From: Thermoproteota archaeon
GTDB taxonomy: Archaea > Thermoproteota > Thermoprotei_A > Sulfolobales > Desulfurococcaceae
Direction: 5' to 3'
DNA length: 47,831 bases
Assembly: GCA_013154205.1 (NCBI GenBank)
Contig: JAADCY010000146.1
Span: 1 to 47,831 of the forward strand
Positions 40,323 through 47,831 of this stretch are shown here, piece after piece. Under the pieces are notes generated by a model. It was not told where the DNA came from. It saw only the letters and a list, made by a program, of their open reading frames with translations, and searched no databases. Every line of letters starts with the position of its first letter. Positions within the stretch are counted from its first letter, which is position 1. A program made the position numbers and the translations under genes.

Positions 40323-41741
40323 TTAGTGTTTTTTCTTTATCATTATGGTTAGGGCTGTTGTTATTATGGCTATCATTGCTATTATGGCTATGTAGAGCTT
40401 GTATTGACGCTGTGCTTGTTGTTCTAGGATGTCTATCTTCTTGTTTTGCAGGGTTAGCTGTTTTGTTAGGTTGTTGAGTTTTTCCTGTAGGGCTTGTATG
40501 GTGGTTTCTAATTGTTTTTCCTTGGTGCTTGTTGTTTGGGATAGCTGGTTTATTGTTTGTTGTAGGTTGTTGAGCCGGGCTTGGAGTTGTGCTAGTCTTG
40601 CTGTTGTGGTGTTTAGTATTGTTTTTAGCTTTGTTATCTGGGTGTCTGTGTAGTTGATCCATGGCTTAGATGATAGTGTTGCAGTGGTTTTTGTCAGGGT
40701 GTTGTTGAGGGTTTGTATAATGGATTCCAGCTTCTCTGCCGTAGCGTTCAGCTTGCCGAGGAGCTCCATGCGTATCTTCTCCTGCTTATCAGCAAGCCCC
40801 GCTATCCCCGCCTGTAGCTTGTCAATGGTCTTGTTCAACACGCCGATCTCCTCGTTTATTAGGGCCACTTGTTTCTCAAGCAACGATAGGTCTGCCTGTA
40901 GCCTCGTCGTGTTCGTCTCCAATGCCTCCAGCTCCTTGTTCAACCGATCTATTGTCTGTGCCTGCCCCGCTACCTTATCCTCCAAACCGTTTACCATGGA
41001 CTGCAGGCTCTGTATTTGCTTCTCGATACCATTTATGGTTTTTGTAAAGGACTGGTTATCCACATAGCCGTTCACAACCCTAATCGTCTTACTAGCCACC
41101 AATACATGACGTCCGGTCACAAGGCTCACATACACAACGCCCAGCCGGTACGTGCCGCTCGGCAACCCAGGGACAACAGCAACCGTGTCCAGCGTCTCAT
41201 TGCCACGAGCCATCACAAAACTATTCACAACCAAGCCATCCACCGTCACGAGATACCACTGGTAAGCCGCATACCCAGAGCCCTCAACACGTATATGATC
41301 CAAGGGCTCCACAGTAGAAGCATTAATATATAGCGATGGCACGGTCACCGTAAAACTAGCCAGCGCCTCAACACCATACTGATCAACCGCCTTAATAGTA
41401 TGGATCCCCGGCCCCGCATCAGGCGGGATCTCCACGTAGTCCCCGAACCAGCCGCCCCAATCAGCAGTCTCCGTAGCAATCAACCGGTCATCGAAATACA
41501 CGTATATCTTAGCACCACCAGTAAAGTTATACCCACTAATCCATATATCCACACCACGATGCCCATGATCCGGGAACAAGAATATCTCCGCACCATAGCT
41601 AGACGGTGAGCCGGCGTACACTAGGCCCTGCAACCCAAGACACGACACAAGAAGACCAACAAGAACGACAACACCCAACGCCCTATTCATAGGATCACCT
41701 CTCTCAACTAAAGTATATATCAAGAAAAGACTTAAAAACAA
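40323..41741 (-). CDS. Membrane-anchored surface protein: signal peptide, beta-rich head, long sequon-rich coiled coil, C-terminal TM
   Basis: N-terminal signal/anchor ALGVVVLVGLLVSCLGLQGLVYA, a beta domain of about 200 aa, and about 220 aa of heptad-like Q/L/T/N/K sequence with many N-x-T/S sequons. C-terminal anchor YIAIIAMIAIITTALTIMI-KKKH. Confidence 0.8.
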   Translation of the reverse strand: MFLSLFLIYTLVERGDPMNRALGVVVLVGLLVSCLGLQGLVYAGSPSSYGAEIFLFPDHGHRGVDIWISGYNFTGGAKIYVYFDDRLIATETADWGGWFGDYVEIPPDAGPGIHTIKAVDQYGVEALASFTVTVPSLYINASTVEPLDHIRVEGSGYAAYQWYLVTVDGLVVNSFVMARGNETLDTVAVVPGLPSGTYRLGVVYVSLVTGRHVLVASKTIRVVNGYVDNQSFTKTINGIEKQIQSLQSMVNGLEDKVAGQAQTIDRLNKELEALETNTTRLQADLSLLEKQVALINEEIGVLNKTIDKLQAGIAGLADKQEKIRMELLGKLNATAEKLESIIQTLNNTLTKTTATLSSKPWINYTDTQITKLKTILNTTTARLAQLQARLNNLQQTINQLSQTTSTKEKQLETTIQALQEKLNNLTKQLTLQNKKIDILEQQAQRQYKLYIAIIAMIAIITTALTIMIKKKH

Positions 41742-41750
41742 GATGAAAAA

Positions 41751-42794
41751 CTAATAAGTAATAATCCTGTAATTGGCAATAAAATAGATTGTATATAGGT
41801 CGGTTTTCTTTTGCTTTGGGTTTCGCTTTATTAGTTTTTTCAGCTTTAGTGTTACAACTTGATACTTGTGTTCTTTGGCCCATTCTATAAGCCATGGAAT
41901 ATATGTTGATTGCTTCAATAAGAACTTACCCTTTAAGCGCTCAAGCCTATTCAATAAATCCATATAGTCGGCTTCCGTAAAACTATTGGTATCATAATAA
42001 GATACACCTTTCATCCCTTGTTCGGTTGATAAATATAGGTGTGGTGGATCAACATAGAAGAATGACTTATCACTATCATAGCGTTGTAGTATCTCTCGGA
42101 AATCAAGGTTTTCAACCACAACATGTTTTAGGCGTTGCCATATAAGTTTTACCTTACGAAGTGGTGACCAAATAGTCCTAGTTGGATGTCCTCCGCCTTT
42201 TAGTCCAAAACCTAGGCCAGCCGCATATTTACCAGCATAGCTAAGACGCATAACATAATAATAGGCTACTGCTTTATCTATGGGGTCTTTAAACTCATTG
42301 TTATCTAGCTTCTTTATGAAATCATAGTATAGTGTTCTGCTTGCCACTATGAATTCAAAGCGCTTGATGAATTCATCATATTTGTCACGCACAACCATGA
42401 ATAGATTTACAAGTTTATCATCCAGATCATTATATATATCGAGCTTGCTGGGAGGCTTGTTTAACAATAAAGGTGCTCCTCCTCCGAATACCTCGACATA
42501 TATTTCATGTGGTGGTATCATTTTTGCTATGTATGGCAGTAGAAATGAATCCCCTCCCATATACCATATTAGATTTAATTTGGGATTGTGTAATGGTATT
42601 TCTAAGGCTGTATCTCTTGGTACGCTATGGGTTTTCTTAGAACCATGCTTAATATACCACCCTATTTTTCTAGAAAAATACAGATGACCGATCTCACCAC
42701 ATTTGGGACAGACCACTAGAAGATTATGTGTATTACGTCGTATATTTTCTAAGTTCCAGTGTTGTATTTTGGGTTTGGATTTCTTAGAACCCAT
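41751..42794 (-). CDS. Dam-family (D12-class) N6-adenine DNA methyltransferase with N-terminal zinc ribbon
   Basis: YVEVFGGGAPLLLN (motif I), IYNDLDDKLVNLF, YYYVMRLSYAG, and FFYVDPPHLY (motif IV, DPPY-type). N-terminal CPKCGE...H. Low-GC gene. Confidence 0.85.
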   Translation of the reverse strand: MGSKKSKPKIQHWNLENIRRNTHNLLVVCPKCGEIGHLYFSRKIGWYIKHGSKKTHSVPRDTALEIPLHNPKLNLIWYMGGDSFLLPYIAKMIPPHEIYVEVFGGGAPLLLNKPPSKLDIYNDLDDKLVNLFMVVRDKYDEFIKRFEFIVASRTLYYDFIKKLDNNEFKDPIDKAVAYYYVMRLSYAGKYAAGLGFGLKGGGHPTRTIWSPLRKVKLIWQRLKHVVVENLDFREILQRYDSDKSFFYVDPPHLYLSTEQGMKGVSYYDTNSFTEADYMDLLNRLERLKGKFLLKQSTYIPWLIEWAKEHKYQVVTLKLKKLIKRNPKQKKTDLYTIYFIANYRIITY

Positions 42795-43084
42795 GTTTAT
42801 CTACCGTGTATAGTTTCTATTGATCTGTTGATTTAAAAGTTTGAGGATAGATGTATAAATAATCTATTATATGGTAGAATACTTATATGATACTAGAAAA
42901 ATATAATATTTGTTAATCATTGTTTCTAATATGTATGTATATGGTTTAAGGTGGAAAATATTAGAAAACATGATTAGTTATTATTGGTTTTATCTAAAGA
43001 CATATAAGTAAAACAAAATTTGAAACATAATACATAGTAGAGCATACTCTAGATTATAAAGCATCCACAAGCATAATCTATACT

Positions 43085-43792
43085 ATGGTGATGGATAGAT
43101 TGATTGATACGGCTAAGCGGCTAGCGGTTCTCGGGCTCTGCAACCTCATGGGAGCACACATCGTAAATGTGCTGAGGAACGTTAATGTGCTGAGGAACAA
43201 GGCGGATGCTGTTGTTATTGGCAACATGCATGGCGGGACATATGAGGTTGTTTATCTTGAACCGCTACGTTCTGGCCTTGAATCATATGCTCATGTATTT
43301 ATTGGTAAGAATGGCAGACCCGTTGTCCAGCGCTCGAATAAGAAGCGTCGATGGTGGAGGTTCTGGGAGAAAAACAAGTTGCTCAGCATGGCACGGCACC
43401 ATGCATTATATTTGTGGAAAGACACGGGGATCAAGGATATCCTGCACACCGTGGACTTCTATATCGGTGCACTAAATATTGATGGTAAACCCTATCGGCT
43501 CATCTATACCGGGATACAATACTATGATCCACATCTTGTGCTACCGGATATGATGGTTGCCTATATGGATCATAAATACTGTGTTGCTCTTAACCACTAT
43601 CGTTATCTTGATGATGGGGAGAAACGGGCTCTTGATATTTACAGGTATGATTCTGGCTTGTTGGCTCATGTGACGGCTTCTCTACTGTACATGGTCGCTT
43701 ATAGGTTGAGGGAGCAGGGTGTTCTGCGTAGGCTTGATGTTGATAATCATATGATGCTCTTCTATAGCTTGGTCGAGAAGCTCAAGATATAG
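43085..43792 (+). CDS. Hypothetical protein
   Basis: ORF track, 235 aa. Contains an in-frame 18-bp tandem duplication (VNVLRN twice) at 43163-43198. Confidence 0.65.
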   Translation: MVMDRLIDTAKRLAVLGLCNLMGAHIVNVLRNVNVLRNKADAVVIGNMHGGTYEVVYLEPLRSGLESYAHVFIGKNGRPVVQRSNKKRRWWRFWEKNKLLSMARHHALYLWKDTGIKDILHTVDFYIGALNIDGKPYRLIYTGIQYYDPHLVLPDMMVAYMDHKYCVALNHYRYLDDGEKRALDIYRYDSGLLAHVTASLLYMVAYRLREQGVLRRLDVDNHMMLFYSLVEKLKI

Positions 43793-43904
43793 CATAATGA
43801 TTATCATATGAGGTGTTGTTTACGTTGTTTACGGTATATCATGATCTGTATATAACATATATGTTTTCCTATAATTATATTATTATATAGGAGGGGCGAT
43901 AGGT

Positions 43905-44765
43905 ATGAAGGATAATGTTATAAGTAATGATTTTGATTGGTATTATGATCTATATAGGAGGGATAGGAAGATATATATTGTAGTGCTTCCGCCGGGTAAG
44001 CAGTTACAGTTTAAGTTCTGGAGCGAGTATTTTGTTGAGGTAAATCCGAAAGAATATGATATTGACAGTAAGAATGATCACAAGCATGGCGTCTTTGTCT
44101 GTTTTCCTATTGATGGTCATGGTGTTGGTGGTACGAAGCGTGAGACCTCTTTATCGTCTTCTCCTGTTTTTCCCCGAGCTATTGAGGTTATATATAAGCT
44201 TCAACGGAAGTTTATTGGTATTAGGCAGTTTATGAAACTGTATGATCTTGATGGTATGTATGAGGAGTGGGAAAAACGTTTCAAACTATTTAATTCAGGC
44301 ATAAGGTTCCGTGGGCGTAACATATGTATTGCCGGTAGTACTGGTCTTGGCAATTATTTCTTCATACGTTTGCAGAGCAGTTTCCATAGAGGGGAAAACA
44401 TGTATTTTCTCTATAACATTGACTATGTGACTAGGTTTCCCTATAGGGATTTCGTATATGATGTTGCGGCGGCTATTGTTAAATGGGTTACTGATATTAT
44501 GCCTCCCCTGTCGGATTATGGGCGTAGTCATGTTGCGGCTTTCCAGTATTATTGGGGTTTCTTTGAGAATGAGATCGGTGTACGTGTTGTTGATGAGAAT
44601 GGTAATCCTGCTAGGCATTTCTATTACCATGTATATAGTGTGGAAGACATAGTGGGTGTTATCGGTAAGGAAAGGCTGGATAGGGTAGAGTTTCTCGGGA
44701 TCGCTGTGATTGAGGATACTGCGGAGGGTCCGCGTCTTGTTGTTAAGCCATATGTTGTGGGGTGA
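43905..44765 (+). CDS. Hypothetical protein
   Basis: ORF track, 286 aa. AGGAGGGG lies upstream of the ATG. Confidence 0.65.
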   Translation: MKDNVISNDFDWYYDLYRRDRKIYIVVLPPGKQLQFKFWSEYFVEVNPKEYDIDSKNDHKHGVFVCFPIDGHGVGGTKRETSLSSSPVFPRAIEVIYKLQRKFIGIRQFMKLYDLDGMYEEWEKRFKLFNSGIRFRGRNICIAGSTGLGNYFFIRLQSSFHRGENMYFLYNIDYVTRFPYRDFVYDVAAAIVKWVTDIMPPLSDYGRSHVAAFQYYWGFFENEIGVRVVDENGNPARHFYYHVYSVEDIVGVIGKERLDRVEFLGIAVIEDTAEGPRLVVKPYVVG

Positions 44766-46198
44766 GCCACGCCTTGGTTATGGCTGAGCCTGTTTCTCGG
44801 CCTCACTTGTTCCCGAAGGAGATTGTTGAGAGTGAGATCTATAATAAGAAGATATTCTATGGGCTAAGCCCGCATGAGATCGAGGAGCGGTTGTGGTGGC
44901 GTGTCGAGCGTGTTCGTGAGCTGAACAAGGAGATATATCGTGTTGTCACGCCTATTTATGCTCCTAATATTGAGTCTGTGCATAAACGTTATGGTGCTGT
45001 TAGTGAGGTTGTTGTGCGTTATGTCTTGTCATATTATATGAAGGCTATACGTAAAGGCGGTATTTATGCCGAGAACATAAAGCATCTACTAGCTCTTTAT
45101 CTCATGATATTTCACTGGATTAAGACCGAGACGGTGCGAGAGGTATGTGCTGGTTTTGAGTATCTTTATGGTCTTTATGAGCATCTAACGGATGTACGTG
45201 ATTCCTGTATTGACAAGTATAGTAGTAGGACGGAGATAATTAGGTGTGTCATGGATAGTCTTGGTGTTGATGAGACAAGTATATCGGGGATGCGTAACGA
45301 GATAGTCAAGTTTATCCCATATCTTATAACTCGTTTCCACGAAGGAGGACACGTCCGTGTTCCACATGAGTTTATGCTTGATCATATTGATTATCGCTAT
45401 GCTTCTACTACTCCGTTAGCTAGCCACGTGGTCTCTAGTATTATCCGTAACTATGGGTATGGGGAGGAGAGCGGTAAACGTATCAGTGTCTCGGGACATC
45501 TTGGTGCTGGTAAGACTACCTTTGTGTTTCTCAGTCTGTATGCGGCTCTACGGTTCCTCGGTATCCCTAAGGAGCGTGCTGTGAAGTATATTCATGCCCT
45601 CATGTTCAACCACCCGATAGAACTGTTCATGTTCACGGATATGATTAACTCGGGTATTGTGGAGCGTGTACCGTTCCTAGTAGTGGACGACGTGTCTAGT
45701 ATCCTGTCCAAGTACTGGATCTTCGAGGATAGGTATATGAAGCAGGCTATGGTCGGCTTCAATAAGGCGATAAAGATCATACGTGAATCGGTAGGTATAA
45801 GCATATTTATCAGCGACGTGAGCGAGGCCATCGCTAAGGGTATCCGTGAAAGCATAGACATACGCATCGAGTCCGAACAAGTAGCCCCGACGAGCGTTAG
45901 TGCTCAGTACTATGAGGTCAGCCTCTGGATGGATACTACTACTTATCGCCCGGTATCAGCACGTAAGAGCGGCGAGCTACGATTGTCTCCCAGCACAGCT
46001 AACAAGATAGCGATGCTCACCGGCACTGCTACGCCGCCGTTCTACATTCCCGACCATGTCTACCGTGACCTGACAACGATAAAGAAGTTGATACGCCGCT
46101 ACCACATGAAGAAGACACGTGATGCCATGATGACACCGATAATAAAAATGATAAAGAACATGGAGAAGCAACAAGAGGAAAACAAAGAGGAAGAATAA
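44762..46198 (+). CDS. P-loop NTPase (Walker A/B in the C-terminal half)
   Basis: Walker A SGHLGAGKTTF at about residue 245, Walker B PFLVVDDV. 478 aa. 4-nt overlap with the upstream gene. Confidence 0.7.
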   Translation: MSHALVMAEPVSRPHLFPKEIVESEIYNKKIFYGLSPHEIEERLWWRVERVRELNKEIYRVVTPIYAPNIESVHKRYGAVSEVVVRYVLSYYMKAIRKGGIYAENIKHLLALYLMIFHWIKTETVREVCAGFEYLYGLYEHLTDVRDSCIDKYSSRTEIIRCVMDSLGVDETSISGMRNEIVKFIPYLITRFHEGGHVRVPHEFMLDHIDYRYASTTPLASHVVSSIIRNYGYGEESGKRISVSGHLGAGKTTFVFLSLYAALRFLGIPKERAVKYIHALMFNHPIELFMFTDMINSGIVERVPFLVVDDVSSILSKYWIFEDRYMKQAMVGFNKAIKIIRESVGISIFISDVSEAIAKGIRESIDIRIESEQVAPTSVSAQYYEVSLWMDTTTYRPVSARKSGELRLSPSTANKIAMLTGTATPPFYIPDHVYRDLTTIKKLIRRYHMKKTRDAMMTPIIKMIKNMEKQQEENKEEE

Positions 46199-46200
46199 CT

Positions 46201-46728
46201 ATGAATAATGTAAAATATTTATATCATTTTCACAGCCTTATAGTGTCGATATTCACATATGAGCCTAATATTGTTATAAAAATACTTAGAACAATGTATC
46301 CTAGATGGCGGGTATTCAGTAAAAATGTGAGGTTTATAAGGCCAGAATTTAGTACCGGTTTTCGATATGCTGATGTTATATGGGTTATGAAGGATGAGGA
46401 TCAGTATAATTGGTATTTACTTGCTTTTGAGATAAAAACTGGAAAATATAGATCGGAGTGGATGAGACAGATAAAAGATATAAGGATAGGCCTCTATGAG
46501 GCTTCAAAGAGACTTAGGAAACGGGGAATAATAAGGGGTAAATTAGCGTTGGTTCACCGATATATTTTTCTGGTTGGATGGAAGAGGGAGATAGAGAAGG
46601 TTAAAGAAAGGATAAAGGGTTCTGAGTTAGATCATGGTAAACTGCGTGTTATACCGTTAGAGTATTTTCGTGATATCTGTATTAGGCGTGCTAGAGAAAT
46701 AGTAGATTTGTTCACAAAATTATATTAG
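46201..46728 (+). CDS. PD-(D/E)xK nuclease-fold candidate (low-GC)
   Basis: YADVIWV...WYLLAFEIKTGKY (D...E-x-K pattern). 175 aa. Confidence 0.5.
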   Translation: MNNVKYLYHFHSLIVSIFTYEPNIVIKILRTMYPRWRVFSKNVRFIRPEFSTGFRYADVIWVMKDEDQYNWYLLAFEIKTGKYRSEWMRQIKDIRIGLYEASKRLRKRGIIRGKLALVHRYIFLVGWKREIEKVKERIKGSELDHGKLRVIPLEYFRDICIRRAREIVDLFTKLY

Positions 46729-46730
46729 TT

Positions 46731-47456
46731 TTATCTTGGGTTTAGGGCTAGTATTATTAGTGCCATTATTATTATTAGTGTTGATATGAATCCGGCTACT
46801 AGGGGGTTTATGCCTAGGGCTGTCATGAGCGGTGTGTAGATTATTGCTATTGCTATTGCTCCTATGCTCCCTGTCTTGATATCTCCTCGGAGAATTATGC
46901 CTATTAAGGGTGCAAATATTGCTATGCTCATTAGTATCGGTATTAGTGGGGATATGCTAGACAGGCTCGATATATCACCTATTTTTTCCAGTTGTTTCTT
47001 GACGGCGTAGACTCCTAGGTAGTTGCCGTTTATTGTTATGTTTACTACTATGTAGCTGTACGTGGTGTTGAACCCGGTTGTTACTAGCCATGTCGTGTTG
47101 TCTTCGGCTAGGTATGTCTGGTATTGCTTGATCATGGTGCCGTTGGGGTAGCTGAGCCTTATTGTGAGGTTTGCGCCGTTGGGTTCTAGGGTTGTGGCTA
47201 GTATGTAGGCTCCTGTGTCGTTGTAGATTATCACGAGGTTTGTGAGGCTTGTATTTATCTGTTGTAGTGGTGGGATGCATATGTAGGCTCCGCTACCGGT
47301 TATGTTGTACATGAAGCTGTTTGGTGGGCAGGTTATGTTTTCGGGTATTGGGTTTGTGTAGGGTGTTGGTGTGTAGGTTAGGCTGGTGTCGGCTAGGGCT
47401 GGTGGGGTTATGGCTAGTAGTGCTAGGAGTACTAGTATGGCTGGTGTTTTAATCAT
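46731..47456 (-). CDS. Secreted sequon-rich protein with C-terminal multi-TM anchor
   Basis: Signal peptide MIKTPAILVLLALLAITPPALA and at least 9 N-x-S/T sequons (NIT, NTS, NDT, NLT, NGT, NTT...). Three C-terminal hydrophobic helices. Confidence 0.7.
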   Translation of the reverse strand: MIKTPAILVLLALLAITPPALADTSLTYTPTPYTNPIPENITCPPNSFMYNITGSGAYICIPPLQQINTSLTNLVIIYNDTGAYILATTLEPNGANLTIRLSYPNGTMIKQYQTYLAEDNTTWLVTTGFNTTYSYIVVNITINGNYLGVYAVKKQLEKIGDISSLSSISPLIPILMSIAIFAPLIGIILRGDIKTGSIGAIAIAIIYTPLMTALGINPLVAGFISTLIIIMALIILALNPR

Positions 47457-47521
47457 TTCTGTCTCTCCTCCATTGTATATTATTGTTTCCTGGGATTATT
47501 TATTGGTGGTTAGTGTTTTTC

Positions 47522-47539
47522 TCCGATTCTAGAATCGGA
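47522..47539. promoter_or_regulatory. Perfect 18-bp palindrome TCCGATTCTAGAATCGGA in a divergent promoter
   Basis: Read directly. Lies between 46731..47456 (-) and 47614.. (+). Confidence 0.6.
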
Positions 47540-47613
47540 TGTAGACGGGTCACAAATAAATATTCTATATTCAGAAAAACAATGCGAAAGAAGAAAAATG
47601 GAAGGTGTATGGA

Positions 47614-47831
47614 ATGGGCCTCATAAATGAATTAAAGCCTACAATCGTCGCCCTCATAATCGGTGTCGTACTAGTATTCGTTGGAATGACCGCCGCAACA
47701 ATAACTGGTGGCGTAGGCTATTATGTAGTGGACACGCTGAACAAGTCAGTAAGCGGCATCATACCGGCAAGCATCAACATGTTCAACCCGAACACCATCA
47801 CGCTAATGGGCAACGTCTTCATGTTCGCCGG
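47614..47831 (+). CDS. Membrane protein, N-terminal part (runs off the right edge)
   Basis: My own translation from ATG 47614: MGLINELKPTIVALIIGVVLVFVGMTAATITGGVGYYVVDTLNKSVSGIIPASINMFNPNTITLMGNVFMFA..., open to the window end. GGAAGGTG upstream. Confidence 0.6.
   Translation, partial: MGLINELKPTIVALIIGVVLVFVGMTAATITGGVGYYVVDTLNKSVSGIIPASINMFNPNTITLMGNVFMFA

Larger units (their letters stand above)
1..47831. mobile_element. Segment of an archaeal (crenarchaeal-type) virus / plasmid-like or integrated element, larger than the window
   Basis: No translation, metabolic, rRNA or tRNA genes in 47.8 kb. Content is helicases, Cas4-like nuclease, RadA-like ATPase, orphan methyltransferases, serine recombinase, RHH/AbrB regulators, glycoprotein-like and small membrane proteins, and many short ORFans in overlapping operons. 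Both edges cut through ORFs. Confidence 0.6.

Noticed and set aside
39700-41100. Gin/Cin-like invertible host-range segment. The evidence was the recombinase next to a fibre-like gene whose composition flips mid-gene.
   Set aside because: I found no inverted repeats bracketing a segment and no alternative promoterless C-terminal exon on the opposite strand. The composition flip coincides with a domain boundary between beta head and coiled coil. I keep it only as something to test with long reads.
40237-41609. Track ORFs 40237..40662 (-), 40280..40477, 40429..40653, 40654..41067, 41016..41333 and 41400..41609 (+).
   Set aside because: They are off-frame or antisense shadows of the 472-aa surface-protein gene 40323..41741. 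The translations are low-complexity.
44762-46198. The P-loop protein as the missing Orc1/Cdc6 initiator.
   Set aside because: Walker A lies at about residue 245 of 478, whereas in Orc1/Cdc6 it is near the N-terminus. I see no recognisable sensor motifs or C-terminal winged helix. The protein remains unassigned: it could be a packaging ATPase, an SF3-like helicase or another NTPase.

Overview
Gene-dense window of about 85 ORFs in tightly coupled operons. I found no rRNA, tRNA, CRISPR array or housekeeping gene. The signals are archaeal: TTTATA-type boxes about 25-30 nt upstream of starts, GGTGA-type ribosome-binding sites, TGATG/TAATG/ATGA start-stop overlaps, T-run terminators, a Cas4-like nuclease and a RadA-like ATPase. 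I read it as part of a crenarchaeal-type virus, plasmid-like element or integrated element that extends beyond both window edges.

Calls supported by sequence motifs:
- two SF2 helicases (4703..6079, 14922..17354)
- a putative SSB / Cas4-like nuclease / RecA-RadA-like ATPase / RHH module (10940..14016)
- two DNA methyltransferases (19023..19700, and a Dam-type one at 41751..42794)
- a radical-SAM enzyme (32680..33465)
- a small serine recombinase (39083..39694)
- AbrB- and RHH-type regulators
- two PD-(D/E)xK-like proteins
- three sequon-rich surface proteins and many small membrane and zinc-ribbon proteins

Most remarkable is a 1.8-kb gene-free hub (24783..26568). It holds 13 phased TTGAAAACA iterons and five same-orientation copies of the archaeal Origin Recognition Box core (C/T)TCCAGTGGAAA(C/T). 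It also has strong palindromes, an inverted 13/15-mer that recurs in the next ORF, and an abrupt A/C-rich to G/T-rich strand-composition switch. No orc1/cdc6 gene is recognisable anywhere in the window.

Other observations:
- a sixth ORB-like box, inverted, in a divergent promoter at 8240..8252
- codon-dialect switches inside single ORFs
- a perfect 14-bp tandem duplication that frameshifts an otherwise intact 142-codon ORF
- a four-member VT-repeat protein family
- a promoter/operator cassette duplicated 25 kb apart

All family assignments are motif-level readings by eye. No database search or computed statistic was possible.
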